The notes under the pieces were generated by a model, which worked only from the letters and a program-made list of their open reading frames with translations, was not told where the DNA came from and searched no databases. Position numbers and translations under genes: made by a program. From assembly GCA_964363045.1 (NCBI GenBank), contig CAYIGM010000001.1, positions 1 through 36,389 of the forward strand: a stretch of 36,389 nt of DNA, read 5' to 3'. This document shows, piece by piece, positions 1-10,331 of this stretch (its first letter is position 1; each line of letters begins with the position of its first letter). Source of the DNA: an uncultured Candidatus Saccharibacteria bacterium (GTDB taxonomy: Bacteria; Patescibacteriota; Minisyncoccia; GCA-002772825).

Positions 1-26
1 AACTATAATAGTAAAACTATACGAAT

Positions 27-236
27 ATGTCAAACGAAAAATCCACAATTGGGGACAATATAAAGAAATACCGAAATAAGCTCGGTATTTCTCAAGATGT
101 CTTGTCAAAAAAAGCAGACTTGGCTTTTCATACTATTGCTAAAATAGAAGCAGGCTCAACGCCCAACCCCACTATTGATACAGTTAAAAAAATCGCAGAC
201 GCGCTCGGCGTCTCGCTTGATGTTTTAATGAAATAA
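27..236 (+). CDS. XRE/Cro-C1 family helix-turn-helix regulator (restriction-modification controller-like)
   Basis: 69 aa; IKKYRNKLGISQDVLSKKADLAFHTIAKIEAGSTPNPTIDTVKKIADALGVSLD is a typical HTH_3 pattern. Confidence 0.9.
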   Translation: MSNEKSTIGDNIKKYRNKLGISQDVLSKKADLAFHTIAKIEAGSTPNPTIDTVKKIADALGVSLDVLMK

Positions 237-408
237 AATTATGAAAGAAAGTTATTTTTTCAAACCAGCAGTGGGCTAGACCTTGATTTCTACATTAAAA
301 CCACGGGCCCATTGTCCGAGCCGGAGCTCAAGCAGCTCCAATAGAAACACTTGGGGCCTTTTTCTTTTTTAAAAAATACTATATGCTAAATTGATATCAA
401 TAAATTGC

Positions 409-1728
409 ATGGCAAAAACTTACCACATTATAACTTTCGGCTGCCAATCCAATGTTGCCGATTCCGAACGAATAGCGGGCATACTTGAAAATGCCGGACT
501 TAAACATACGGAAAATAAACAAAAAACCGACATCTTGATTTTCAATACCTGCTCAATACGCCAAAAAGCCGAGGATAGGATCTTCGGCTACAAAAAAGAA
601 GCTGACAAACTTAAATCAAAAAAAAAGATAAACATTATTCTCACTGGCTGTATGATGCACTACGACGAAACAGAACTCAAAAGACGCCTCCCTTTTATAG
701 ACACATTTATAGATATAAAAGATATAGCGAATCTTCCTAAGCTACTAAAAATAAAAAATGTCCAACACTCGGTGTTGGACAGGGTAGATTATCTCTCAAT
801 TGAACCGAAATATACTTCCAAATTTTCCGCTAACGTTCCCATCTCATACGGCTGTAATAATTTCTGCACTTATTGCATCGTGCCCTATTCAAGAGACAGA
901 GAATATTCCCGATCTATCAAAGAAATAGTAAAAGAAGTAAGAAAACTAATAGAAAAAGGGTACAAAGAGATATGGCTTTTGGGACAAAATGTGAATTCTT
1001 ACAATGATAACGGCTTCAAATTTCCTGATTTATTAAAAGAAATAAACGCAATTTCCGGCGATTTTTGGATACGGTTCGCTTCCCCGCATCCGAAAGATTT
1101 TTCAATCGCTATGATAAAAGCGATGAAAGAATCCGGAAAATTCGCCCATTATATAAACCTGCCGGTTCAGTCGGGAGACAATAAAATATTAAAAAAGATG
1201 AACAGGCCGTACACCATAGAGCATTATAAGAAACTAGTTGCAAAAATAAGAAAAGCCATCCCGGATATTTCCATTTCAACCGACATCATTGTCGGTTTCC
1301 CCGGAGAAACAAAGAGTCAATTTAAAAATACGGAAAAACTTTTCAAAGAGATAGGTTTTGATATGGCCTTTCTTTCCGAATACTCGCCAAGGCCTGGCAC
1401 AACAGCGGCAATAGGAATGGAAGATGATGTGCCTCACAAAGAAAAAGGAGACCGAAAAAATAAAATCAACAGCATTCTCGCCAAAACCGCCCTTAAAAAT
1501 AACAAAAAAATAAAAGGCCAAACAGTCCGCGCGCTTATAGATAATAAAAATAAAGGCAGTTTTTGGGGCAGGACGAAGGGGAATAAGCTAGTTGAGATAA
1601 AGACAACAAGCTCGCGTCTTTCCCCTTCGCCTCACTCCTCCTCAAAGAACGACCTTAGGGTTGGAGAATTTAAAGAGATAACAATCACAGGCATAGGACC
1701 ATGGAAACTAAAAGGAGAAATAAAATAA
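409..1728 (+). CDS. miaB: tRNA-2-methylthio-N6-dimethylallyladenosine synthase (radical SAM methylthiotransferase)
   Basis: TFGCQSN, NTCSIRQKAE and TGC N-terminal Cys motifs; GCNNFCTYC radical-SAM motif; TDIIVGFPGET; YSPRPGT; C-terminal TRAM domain; adjacent to miaA. ATG 409 preferred over TTG 391. Confidence 0.93.
   Translation: MAKTYHIITFGCQSNVADSERIAGILENAGLKHTENKQKTDILIFNTCSIRQKAEDRIFGYKKEADKLKSKKKINIILTGCMMHYDETELKRRLPFIDTFIDIKDIANLPKLLKIKNVQHSVLDRVDYLSIEPKYTSKFSANVPISYGCNNFCTYCIVPYSRDREYSRSIKEIVKEVRKLIEKGYKEIWLLGQNVNSYNDNGFKFPDLLKEINAISGDFWIRFASPHPKDFSIAMIKAMKESGKFAHYINLPVQSGDNKILKKMNRPYTIEHYKKLVAKIRKAIPDISISTDIIVGFPGETKSQFKNTEKLFKEIGFDMAFLSEYSPRPGTTAAIGMEDDVPHKEKGDRKNKINSILAKTALKNNKKIKGQTVRALIDNKNKGSFWGRTKGNKLVEIKTTSSRLSPSPHSSSKNDLRVGEFKEITITGIGPWKLKGEIK
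759..781. repeat. perfect palindrome inside miaB (REP-like)
   Basis: TGTCCAACAC-TCG-GTGTTGGACA, 10-bp arms. Confidence 0.75.
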
Positions 1729-2618
1729 TAGTAATACTGGGGCCAACAGCCGCCGGTAAAAGCGATTTTGCGGTAAAAATTGCCAAAAAAATCAAAGGTG
1801 AAATAATCTCCGCGGATTCCCGCCAAGTTTACGCGGGGCTCGATATTGGCACCGGCAAAATCAAAAAAAAAGAAATGAAGGGAATTCCCCACCATCTCCT
1901 TAGCATAATAAGTCCCAAAAAATCTTTCTCTGTGGCCTTATACAAAAAGATGGCAGACGACTCAATACAAGATATTTTAAACAGAGGTAAAATTCCCATA
2001 ATAACCGGCGGAACCGGATTATATATACAAGCTGTCATTGATAACATTTTCATCCCGGAAGTGCCACCCAACCCGATATTGAGAAAAAAACTTGAAGCAA
2101 AAACTAATAGCCGGCTTTTTCAGATATTAGAAAAGCTGGATAAGCGCCGAGCCGAGGAAATTGATAAAAATAACCCGCGGCGGCTTATCAGAGCCATTGA
2201 AATAGCGAGAGTTATCGGAAAAATTCCCAAACTAAAATTAAAACCGACGTCGGACATCGGTTATCTGCAAATTGGGTTAAAAATAGACAGTCAAACATTA
2301 AAAAAACGGATTGAAAAAAGAATTAAAAAAATGATTCAATCAGGGCTTTTAAAAGAGCTAAAGAAAATGCGCCAAGCCGGCTTAAGCTGGAGAAAAATTT
2401 ATGAAATGGGTTTTGAATACAAATACCCCGCTCTATTTCTAAGAAAAAAAATCAGCCGTGGCGAAATGCTTGCCAAAATGCTGGTAGAAAATTATAAATA
2501 CGCCAAGCGTCAAATGACCTGGTTTAAAAAAGATGAAAGAATAAAGTGGTTTAACGCGGAAACGGGCGAGTTGAAAAAAGCCGAGCAGACAATTAAAAAC
2601 TTCCTTCTTGATTCTTAA
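1701..2618 (+). CDS. miaA: tRNA dimethylallyltransferase
   Basis: GPTAAGKS, SADSRQVY, DIGTGK, GGTGLY, YAKRQMTWF motifs. Confidence 0.97.
   Translation: METKRRNKIIVILGPTAAGKSDFAVKIAKKIKGEIISADSRQVYAGLDIGTGKIKKKEMKGIPHHLLSIISPKKSFSVALYKKMADDSIQDILNRGKIPIITGGTGLYIQAVIDNIFIPEVPPNPILRKKLEAKTNSRLFQILEKLDKRRAEEIDKNNPRRLIRAIEIARVIGKIPKLKLKPTSDIGYLQIGLKIDSQTLKKRIEKRIKKMIQSGLLKELKKMRQAGLSWRKIYEMGFEYKYPALFLRKKISRGEMLAKMLVENYKYAKRQMTWFKKDERIKWFNAETGELKKAEQTIKNFLLDS
2242..2262. repeat. near-perfect palindrome inside miaA (REP-like)
   Basis: AACCGACGT-CGG-ACATCGGTT, 8 of 9 bp pairing. Confidence 0.55.
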
Positions 2619-4095
2619 AAGGCTCTGTTGTTTTCGGTTTCATAGTTGGAAATAAAATAACTTCTTTTATATTCTGGGTATCGGAAAGAAGCATTACCAG
2701 TCTGTCCACGCCGACACCCACACCGCCGGCCGGCGGCATGCCATATTCCATCGCTTCAAGATACCCCTCATCGCTCGGAGAAACTTCCGCTTCCCCTTCT
2801 TTTCTTTTTCGGTCTTGCTCTAAAAATCTTTCTTTCTGGTCAAAAGGGTCATTAAGCTCCGAAAAAGCGTTGACTATTTCAATACCGCCGACAACCAGCT
2901 GAAATCTGTCTATAAATGAAGAATTATCGGCTTTTCTCTTGGCAAAAGGAGAAAATTCGGCCGGATAATCAATTATGAATGTGGGCTGAATAAGTTTCGG
3001 CCGGCATATTTTCTTATAAATATTATCTATGATTTTTTCCTTGGCTTCATGATTTTCCACCGTTATGCCGAATTGTTTCGCCTTAAGAGCGATATCATTG
3101 CGGCTTAAAGCAGAAGGATTCACCATAAGAGTATATTTTTTCAATAAATCAAAATAAGATATTATTGAAAATTTCTTTGAAAAATCTATTATATTGCCAT
3201 TATATCCGACAGAGAATTTTTTAAATATATTCTTCATTATTGTCTTAAGCATTTTCTCTATAAAAGCGCGCTGACTTTGAGCGTCAGAATAGGCCTCATA
3301 AAATTCAAGCATTGTAAACTCGGGATTATGAGTGGGAGAAATGCCTTCATTTCTAAAATTTCTTCCAATTTCATAAACTTTGGAGAATCCGCCTATGAGC
3401 AATTTCTTAAGATAAAGCTCCGGGGCTATTCTTAAATATAAATCCATATCAAGCGTCCGATGATGGGTCATGAAAGGTTCCGCCGTCGCTCCACCGGCTA
3501 AAGACTGAAGGATAGGGGTTTCCACTTCCAGATAATTTTCTTTATTCAAAAAATTTCTTACTTCTGAAATAATTTTTGAACGAATAACAAAGCGATTTTT
3601 AACTTCCGGCGACATCAACAGGTCAAGATACCTTTTTCTAAACCGCTCTTCCACATCTGACAATCCGTGCCATTTATCAGGAAGAGGCCTTACTGATTTA
3701 GAAAGCATCTTCCACGCAAGAACTTTAAGCGTTTTTTCATTTTTTTTTGTTTTAAACAAAACACCCTTCAATTCCACAAAATCGCCTGTATCTACAACAT
3801 CAATAAACAATTGATAGCCCTCTAAACCTATTTCGTCTTTTTTTAAATAGGCCTGCATCTTCCCTTCCCCGTCTGAAAAATCAAAAAAAGTTGAACCGCC
3901 ATGCCCGCGCACAGTCATAACTCGCCCTGCCATAAAAAAAGGCTTCTTCCTCTTGGAAAGTTTGGAAAAATCATCAATAACTTCTGCGGTTGAATAATCC
4001 TTTTTTGATTCTATCGGATAAGGATTCATACCGGCCGTCTTCAGTATATTTAATTTTTTAATTCTTTCATTGCGAATTTCTTCAAACGAACTCAT
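2593..4095 (-). CDS. lysS: lysine--tRNA ligase (class II)
   Basis: YLEVETP, YLRIAPELYLK, FRNEG..THNPEFTMLEFY, GMPPAGGVGVGVDRL; start at MSSFEE supported by an upstream extended -10. Confidence 0.98.
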   Translation of the reverse strand: MSSFEEIRNERIKKLNILKTAGMNPYPIESKKDYSTAEVIDDFSKLSKRKKPFFMAGRVMTVRGHGGSTFFDFSDGEGKMQAYLKKDEIGLEGYQLFIDVVDTGDFVELKGVLFKTKKNEKTLKVLAWKMLSKSVRPLPDKWHGLSDVEERFRKRYLDLLMSPEVKNRFVIRSKIISEVRNFLNKENYLEVETPILQSLAGGATAEPFMTHHRTLDMDLYLRIAPELYLKKLLIGGFSKVYEIGRNFRNEGISPTHNPEFTMLEFYEAYSDAQSQRAFIEKMLKTIMKNIFKKFSVGYNGNIIDFSKKFSIISYFDLLKKYTLMVNPSALSRNDIALKAKQFGITVENHEAKEKIIDNIYKKICRPKLIQPTFIIDYPAEFSPFAKRKADNSSFIDRFQLVVGGIEIVNAFSELNDPFDQKERFLEQDRKRKEGEAEVSPSDEGYLEAMEYGMPPAGGVGVGVDRLVMLLSDTQNIKEVILFPTMKPKTTEPFKNQEGSF

Positions 4096-4142
4096 AAAAA
4101 TTATTTTAGCATAATCTATCCATATAGCCAAGAAAAATCCAG

Positions 4143-5843
4143 TTACTCTTTCAGATAATCAGGCCGGTTCCCGGATAGCCATTCAAAAGCTTGCCGAGTG
4201 ACATATAAAGCTCCGATTGTATTATTCCTGTCCCCCTTCTCCATAACTACGGCAAATGCGATTTTAGGGTTTTTATACGGCGCAAAGCCTATGACCCAGG
4301 AATTCACATATTTAGAGCCTATTTCCGCTGTTCCTGTTTTTGCCGCAATCTCCACATTTGAAAGATCAAGGCCTTTGGCCGTACCTTCTGTCACCGCCAT
4401 TCTCATCCCTTCTTTAACCACATTGAAATATTCCAGCGGAATATCAATCTTTACGGAACTTTTAAATTTATCCGGCGAAACATCTTTACATTCTCCTTCA
4501 CACTTTTTAATCAAATGAGGATTCAAAAGAATTCCATCCGTGGCCACCGCCGAAACCATTTTCACCATTTGAAGCACAGTGACTAGAAAATCCCCTTGAC
4601 CGATTGAAGCATTATAAGTATCTCCAATTCTCCAAATATCATCATTAAGAGGATTATTCTTTTTAACTTCCGGACTCGGTATCAGTCCCACTCCTTCGCC
4701 CTCAATATCAACACCCGTCTTTTCACCCAAACCGAACATTCTTGAATATTCTCCTATCTTTCCAATTCCCAATCCTTTAATATCCTCAAAACCTCCGCCA
4801 ATTTCATAAAAATAAACATCTGAAGAAACAGCTAACGCCTTTCTCATATCAACCCATCCATGAGCTTTCCAGTCCGGAAAAATCGTTCTTTTGTCTGGAA
4901 AAAACGGATTGGGAAGCGAAATGGAGCCTGAACTGAATATCTCTTTTTCAGGAGCTATAATTTTCTCATTTAAAGCCGCCAGCGCCATGACCGGCTTCAT
5001 AATAGACCCCGGGGCATAGAGGCCGGAAACAGCCCTATCCACAAAAGGAGTTCTCTTGTCCGTCAGGTAAGAATTTATCTTCTCCCTTGGTTCGCCTCTT
5101 GATAGAACATTGGAATCATATTCCGGAAAACTCGCAATAGAGATAATCTCCCCTGAATTTATATCCATAAAAATACCCGCCCCGCCGGTAAATCCCCTTT
5201 CCGCGGACAAACTCTCTATATATTGATACAGCTTGGCTTGAAATTCCGAATCAATGGAAAGATATATATTCCCGCCGTCTTTAGGGAGATTCTGAACACT
5301 TTCTGATTTTATATTATTATGCGCGTCTGTTTCAATCAATTTAGAACCGGCCTCGCCCTTAAGAATATCATTATATATTTTCTCAATCCCGGCTTTCCCC
5401 ATCATCTCTTTGGAATAAAGCGCGTCTATATCCGAAGTATCTTCTTTATTCGGATAACCAATATAGCCGACGATATGCGAAAGCCCCCCACCGCCAAGAT
5501 ATTCTCTTGAATTAACATCGTTCCACGCAAGCTTTTGGCCAAATCTGTCATATATAATCCCTCTATCTGAGAATAATTTAATGGAGCGCAACCTATTATT
5601 TTCACTTAAAATAGAAAATGCTTCGCCGCCTGAAACTTGAACAGACCAAAGCCGAACCATAAACATAAACTCCACAATTATAAAAAAAATACTGAAAAGA
5701 AAAAAAATTCTCTTGCCGACGGGCTTTTCTATCCGTCCCTCAAGCTGTTCCACTTCAAATTGCGGTATATTTTTTGAATCAAGAAAAATCTCGTCAGGCT
5801 CAATTTCAATTTTTTTTCTCTTAAGAATCGTTGTTTTATTCAT
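4143..5843 (-). CDS. mrdA: penicillin-binding protein 2 (class B transpeptidase)
   Basis: N-terminal TM, RGIIYDR, PGSIMK (SxxK), SSD (SxN-type), KTGTAE motifs. Confidence 0.92.
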   Translation of the reverse strand: MNKTTILKRKKIEIEPDEIFLDSKNIPQFEVEQLEGRIEKPVGKRIFFLFSIFFIIVEFMFMVRLWSVQVSGGEAFSILSENNRLRSIKLFSDRGIIYDRFGQKLAWNDVNSREYLGGGGLSHIVGYIGYPNKEDTSDIDALYSKEMMGKAGIEKIYNDILKGEAGSKLIETDAHNNIKSESVQNLPKDGGNIYLSIDSEFQAKLYQYIESLSAERGFTGGAGIFMDINSGEIISIASFPEYDSNVLSRGEPREKINSYLTDKRTPFVDRAVSGLYAPGSIMKPVMALAALNEKIIAPEKEIFSSGSISLPNPFFPDKRTIFPDWKAHGWVDMRKALAVSSDVYFYEIGGGFEDIKGLGIGKIGEYSRMFGLGEKTGVDIEGEGVGLIPSPEVKKNNPLNDDIWRIGDTYNASIGQGDFLVTVLQMVKMVSAVATDGILLNPHLIKKCEGECKDVSPDKFKSSVKIDIPLEYFNVVKEGMRMAVTEGTAKGLDLSNVEIAAKTGTAEIGSKYVNSWVIGFAPYKNPKIAFAVVMEKGDRNNTIGALYVTRQAFEWLSGNRPDYLKE

Positions 5844-6117
5844 AAAAATTCATAAAAAATAAATGCTTTTTAAATTTATCTACCGCCAGAAAAACCGCCA
5901 AAAAAGACAAAGTAAAAATCCAATTTCTAAAACTGCCTAAAAAATAAAGGTTTGACGGGCCATAGAGCAAATCCATCAAAAAACCCAGTATAACGGCCTC
6001 CCAAAACCGGGGGAAAATAAAAATAAAAATAATTACCGAAATAAATGACAGCCACCACCAAGGCGCCCAAAATACGATAACAAAAAGAATGGTATCAAAG
6101 ATAAGCCGTTTAAGCAT
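5836..6117 (-). CDS. small integral membrane protein, probably a reduced MreD-like protein
   Basis: 93 aa, hydrophobic; GFLMDLLYG resembles the MreD GxLxDL motif; overlaps the mrdA start. Confidence 0.6.
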   Translation of the reverse strand: MLKRLIFDTILFVIVFWAPWWWLSFISVIIFIFIFPRFWEAVILGFLMDLLYGPSNLYFLGSFRNWIFTLSFLAVFLAVDKFKKHLFFMNFYE

Positions 6118-6134
6118 CTTTCTATTTTAACAGA

Positions 6135-6638
6135 TTATCTTCTAAAAAAGAAAATGGCCGGAAATGGCAAAATAATCCACCAGAAAATCGGGATATCTGA
6201 AAAGAATAAATATTTTAAAGCAGCTGAGAATTCAAAAACGGAATTTATATTAAAAAAATGAAAAAGAAAACTCATTATAAGCGCTGTGCCCAAAAGAGAA
6301 AACAGAGTCGCTTCAATCCAGCCGGAACGAGAAGAGGCGCCTTCTGAAACGCCGATTTTTATAAGAAAAATATTAAAAATTAAAATAAGAATGGCAAATA
6401 GAAAAAGTCTAAAAAGGAAAAAATCAATGGATTTTAAATTACCGGGGATAATAATATTAAAATAAGGAAAATTGCTAAAAATAAAAATAGCTAAATAAAA
6501 AGAGATGAAAAGGGTGATTGATTTGCCTTTTTTAACAGAAAGGGTATAAAAAAATATGGAAATTAAAAGAAAAGCGCATAATAAAATTTCCCAAGACGGG
6601 TTTGAGAGAATGGCATCTAATTGGGCTAACAGCGGCAT
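6135..6638 (-). CDS. hypothetical multi-pass membrane protein
   Basis: 167 aa with about 5 hydrophobic segments, co-oriented downstream of dnaJ. Confidence 0.75.
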   Translation of the reverse strand: MPLLAQLDAILSNPSWEILLCAFLLISIFFYTLSVKKGKSITLFISFYLAIFIFSNFPYFNIIIPGNLKSIDFFLFRLFLFAILILIFNIFLIKIGVSEGASSRSGWIEATLFSLLGTALIMSFLFHFFNINSVFEFSAALKYLFFSDIPIFWWIILPFPAIFFFRR

Positions 6639-6650
6639 AAATAATTTTTT

Positions 6651-7745
6651 CTATATTCCTTCATTTTTTAAATCTTCTACGAGCGTCTTTGCCCTATTTG
6701 AAAGGTTCCTAGGAGTTTTGACTATAACTTTAATCAGCAAGTCGCCTCTTTTCCTGTTGGCGTAAAAAGCTCCGTGCCCGCGAACTCTTAAAATCTCTCC
6801 GGAATCAACCCCTTTGGGAATATTTATTTTTATAAGACCGTCCAGTGTCTTTATCTCTCTTTTAGAACCAAGAATCGCTTCGGAAAATTTAACATCAAGG
6901 TCCATCAGTAAATTATGACCTTCTCTAATAAACATTTTATGGGGAAGAACATGAATTTTAACATATAAGTCACCAGACGCTCCATGAGCTATCGCCTCGC
7001 CAGCGCCGGCGAGTTTTATCATCTCTCCATTTTGTATGCCGGCGGGAATAAAAATCTTTATCTCCTCGCTTTTTTTCAAGACGCCATTTCCATTGCAGGC
7101 GGAGCATTTTTTCTCCGGAATCTTCCCTTTGCCGGCGCAAGCGCTGCATTCTTTAACGCTGGCGAAAGTGCCAAAAATTGATTGTTTGGTTTCCCTTACC
7201 CTGCCTTCACCCCGACAAGCCGGACATTCTTTAGTGCCGGCGCCAGGTTCGCCGCCCTCTCCGTGGCATTTATCGCAAGCGGTCAATTTGCTTATAAGAA
7301 CTTTGCGTTCCCCCCCGAAAATCGCTTCTTCAAAAGGTATCTCCAAATCAATTGAAATATCCCGCCCCCGACGCATTCTGCCGCGGTTGCCGCCGGCAAA
7401 TCCGCCAAGTATATCTTCAAAAATATCACCAAAATCAAAACTTGCCCCGCCGCCTTGACCGGAAAAATCCCAGCCCGAAGCCGGACCGCCTTGGGCGGAA
7501 AATCCTTCAAATCCACCGCCGGCTCCACCGGCGCCACCGTCAAAAACCCTACCATATCTATCATACTCGGCGCGCTTCTTATCATCCGTCAATATATGAT
7601 AAGCCTCGCTCGCCTCTTTAAATCGAGCCTCATCGCCGCCTTTTTTATCAGGGTGATATTTATGAGCAAGTTTTCTAAACGCCTTCTTAATCTCCTCTTT
7701 AGAAGCGCTTTTTGCCACACCTAAAACATCGTAGTAATTCTTCAT
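6651..7745 (-). CDS. dnaJ: chaperone DnaJ
   Basis: J-domain with HPD, G/F-rich linker, four CxxCxGxG repeats. Confidence 0.98.
   Translation of the reverse strand: MKNYYDVLGVAKSASKEEIKKAFRKLAHKYHPDKKGGDEARFKEASEAYHILTDDKKRAEYDRYGRVFDGGAGGAGGGFEGFSAQGGPASGWDFSGQGGGASFDFGDIFEDILGGFAGGNRGRMRRGRDISIDLEIPFEEAIFGGERKVLISKLTACDKCHGEGGEPGAGTKECPACRGEGRVRETKQSIFGTFASVKECSACAGKGKIPEKKCSACNGNGVLKKSEEIKIFIPAGIQNGEMIKLAGAGEAIAHGASGDLYVKIHVLPHKMFIREGHNLLMDLDVKFSEAILGSKREIKTLDGLIKINIPKGVDSGEILRVRGHGAFYANRKRGDLLIKVIVKTPRNLSNRAKTLVEDLKNEGI
7470..7499 (-). repeat. 30-bp double-hairpin element inside dnaJ (encodes [10 protein letters not shown])
   Basis: minus strand T-CCGCC-CAA-GGCGG-T-CCGGCT-TCG-GGCTGG, two adjacent GC-rich stems with 3-nt loops. 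Confidence 0.6.
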
Positions 7746-7767
7746 TATTTACATACTACAAGATTTA

Positions 7768-9654
7768 TTATTTTTTGTCACCTTCGCCCGAAGATTGATT
7801 ATCGTTATCCACTTCAGCATCGCGAATATTCTCTCCGCTGGCTGAAGCATTATTGCCTTGGTTCATATATTCTCCTATCTTTTGAATTTCAGCTGATAAA
7901 TCTTCCGTGGCTTTCTTTATCAGAGAACTGTCATCCCCCTCTTTGGCTTTATTAAGCTCAGAAATTTTTTCCTCTATTGCTTTTTTGATATCTTCCGGTA
8001 TTTTAGCGCCGGCATCTTTAAGAGCTTTCTCCGCTGTATAGACTAAAGCGCTCGCATTGTTCTTTATATCTATCATCTCTTTCTTTTTTTCATCTTCCTC
8101 TCTGTGAATTTCGGCATCTTCCTTCATTTTTTTTATTTCAGCGTCAGAAAGCCCGCCCGAAGCCTCTATCCTTATGGACTGCTCCTTCCCGCTGGCTTTA
8201 TCGCGAGCTTTAACATTAAGTATCCCATTCGCATCTATATCAAAAATCACTTCAATCTGCGGAAGACCGCGAGGAGAAGGGGGGATTCCATCCAATATAA
8301 ACCTGCCGAGAGATTTATTATCTTGCGCCATCTGTCTGTCCCCCTGCAAAATATGTATTTCAACCGAAGTTTGGTTATCGGCCGCCGTTGAAAAAACCTG
8401 CGCTTTAGAAGCGGGAATTGTCGTATTTTTTTCAATCAATTTTGTTGAAACGCCGCCAAGAGTCTCTATACCCAAAGAAAGAGGTATAACATCAAGAAGC
8501 AAAATATCTTTCACATCACCCTGCAAAATACCCGCCTGAATAGCCGCGCCCAAAGCCACCACTTCATCCGGATTGATTGTTCTGTTCGGCTCTTTGCCAA
8601 AAAGCTTTTTAACCGATTCTATGATAGCCGGCATTCTGGTCTGACCGCCCACCAGCACAACCTCGTCTATATCTTCAATCTTAAAACCGGAAGCGCTTAT
8701 CGCCCGCTTAGTAATCTCCGTAGACCTGTCTATATACTCGGAAGCCAATTCTTCAAGTTTTGCCCTTGTAAATTTAATTAAAAGGTGTTTAGGCCCGCTG
8801 GCATCAGAAGTGATAAAAGGAATATTGACCTCTGTCTCAATCGTGGAAGATAATTCGTGTTTTGCTTTCTCAGAAGCCTCCTTAAGGCGCTGGAGAGCGA
8901 GTGTATCTTTTCTGACATCTATGCCTGAATCTTTCTTAAATTCTTCCGCCACCCAATTCACAATTTTAAAATCAATATCTTCACCGCCCATATGGCTATC
9001 ACCGTCAGTAGATTTTACTTCTATCACATCATCGCCGACTTCCAATATTGAAATGTCAAAAGTCCCCCCGCCAAAATCAAAAACGGCAATCTTCTCATCT
9101 TTCTTTTTATTGAATCCGTACGCCAAAGCGGCGGCAGTCGGCTCATTTATGATTCTTCTGACTTTAAATCCGGCAATTTCACCGGCATCTTTAGTCGCTT
9201 TTCTCTGCGAATCGTTAAAATACGCCGGCACCGTAATTACAACCTCCTCTACTTTATCTCCAATTTTAGCTTGGGCGTCCTGCTTTAATTTCTGCAGAAT
9301 CATAGCTGATATTTCTTCCGGCCGATAACTCTTGTCCGCCATCTTAATCTTCACTCCGCCGTCAGAAGCCTCTTCTATTTTATACGGTATAAGTCCTCTG
9401 TCTTTCTGAATCTCTTTATCAGAAAATTTATGTCCGACAAGCCTCTTCACCCCAAAAACCGTATTCTCCGAGTTAGTGACAGCCTGACGCTTAGCCAGAA
9501 GACCGACTAAACGATCGCCGGTTTTGCTTATGGCGACAATGGACGGTGTTGTTCTGTTCCCTTCATCATTTTCAAGAATCTTCGGCTCACCGCCTTCTAT
9601 CACAGCCATAGCTGAATTAGTTGTTCCTAAATCTATACCTAAAATTTTTGCCAT
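7768..9654 (-). CDS. dnaK: chaperone DnaK (Hsp70)
   Basis: [43 protein letters not shown]. Confidence 0.99.
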   Translation of the reverse strand: MAKILGIDLGTTNSAMAVIEGGEPKILENDEGNRTTPSIVAISKTGDRLVGLLAKRQAVTNSENTVFGVKRLVGHKFSDKEIQKDRGLIPYKIEEASDGGVKIKMADKSYRPEEISAMILQKLKQDAQAKIGDKVEEVVITVPAYFNDSQRKATKDAGEIAGFKVRRIINEPTAAALAYGFNKKKDEKIAVFDFGGGTFDISILEVGDDVIEVKSTDGDSHMGGEDIDFKIVNWVAEEFKKDSGIDVRKDTLALQRLKEASEKAKHELSSTIETEVNIPFITSDASGPKHLLIKFTRAKLEELASEYIDRSTEITKRAISASGFKIEDIDEVVLVGGQTRMPAIIESVKKLFGKEPNRTINPDEVVALGAAIQAGILQGDVKDILLLDVIPLSLGIETLGGVSTKLIEKNTTIPASKAQVFSTAADNQTSVEIHILQGDRQMAQDNKSLGRFILDGIPPSPRGLPQIEVIFDIDANGILNVKARDKASGKEQSIRIEASGGLSDAEIKKMKEDAEIHREEDEKKKEMIDIKNNASALVYTAEKALKDAGAKIPEDIKKAIEEKISELNKAKEGDDSSLIKKATEDLSAEIQKIGEYMNQGNNASASGENIRDAEVDNDNQSSGEGDKK

Positions 9655-9671
9655 AAATTTTTCTATTTTAG

Positions 9672-10232
9672 TTATTTCTTATAAATCCCTATTTTCACCT
9701 GAGAAGGCCTTACAACTTTTCCGTTCAATCTATACCCTCGCTGTAATTCCTCTAAAATAATATGGTCTTTTTCTCCGCTGTCAACCTCAATACTTCCAAT
9801 AGCCCTATGTTCTTCCGGATTAAATTTCTGCCCCTCTGATTCTATGCTCTTTAATCCGTTAGCCTCAAAAATGCTTGAAAATTGGGCGTATATATGTTCA
9901 ATTCCTTGCCGCCAACCCTTGGGAAGAGCCATCCAAGCCTCTTTATTGGCAAAAGCCATCTCAAAATTATCAGCAATTGCCAAAAAATCAAGCAAAACTT
10001 CCTCTTTGGCAATCTTGGCCGAATTCTTTCTGTTTTCATTCTCTTCCTTTTTAAAATTTATGAAATCAGCCTTGGCCCTCTGCCATCCTCCCAGATATTC
10101 CATTTTTTCTTTCTCGCACTCTTTCAGTTTCAACCGAAGCTTTTTAACAATATCCGAAGCGGAAACATCCTCATCTTCAATGATGACATCTTCCGCAACG
10201 ACATCCGTCATATTTTCATTCTCCTTATCCAT
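9672..10232 (-). CDS. grpE: nucleotide exchange factor GrpE
   Basis: [35 protein letters not shown]; directly upstream of dnaK. Confidence 0.97.
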   Translation of the reverse strand: MDKENENMTDVVAEDVIIEDEDVSASDIVKKLRLKLKECEKEKMEYLGGWQRAKADFINFKKEENENRKNSAKIAKEEVLLDFLAIADNFEMAFANKEAWMALPKGWRQGIEHIYAQFSSIFEANGLKSIESEGQKFNPEEHRAIGSIEVDSGEKDHIILEELQRGYRLNGKVVRPSQVKIGIYKK

Positions 10233-10238
10233 TATTTT

Positions 10239-10247
10239 ATTATAGCA
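10239..10247 (-). promoter_or_regulatory. extended -10 promoter for a probably leaderless grpE transcript
   Basis: TGCTATAAT 6 nt before the ATG, no SD. Confidence 0.65.
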
Positions 10248-10331
10248 ATCATAAATAGAAAAACAATAATCGCGAAAACTTGCAAATTATACGAATATTT
10301 TAAGAGAAATCCTATCAGTAAAAGATTTGAA

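Noticed and set aside
2720-2740. GC palindrome CCGCCGGCCGGCGG in lysS
   Set aside because: It encodes the conserved MPPAGG motif, so protein constraint explains it.
10233-10331. CIRCE/HrcA operator upstream of grpE-dnaK-dnaJ
   Set aside because: No TTAGCACTC-N9-GAGTGCTAA found and no hrcA in the window.
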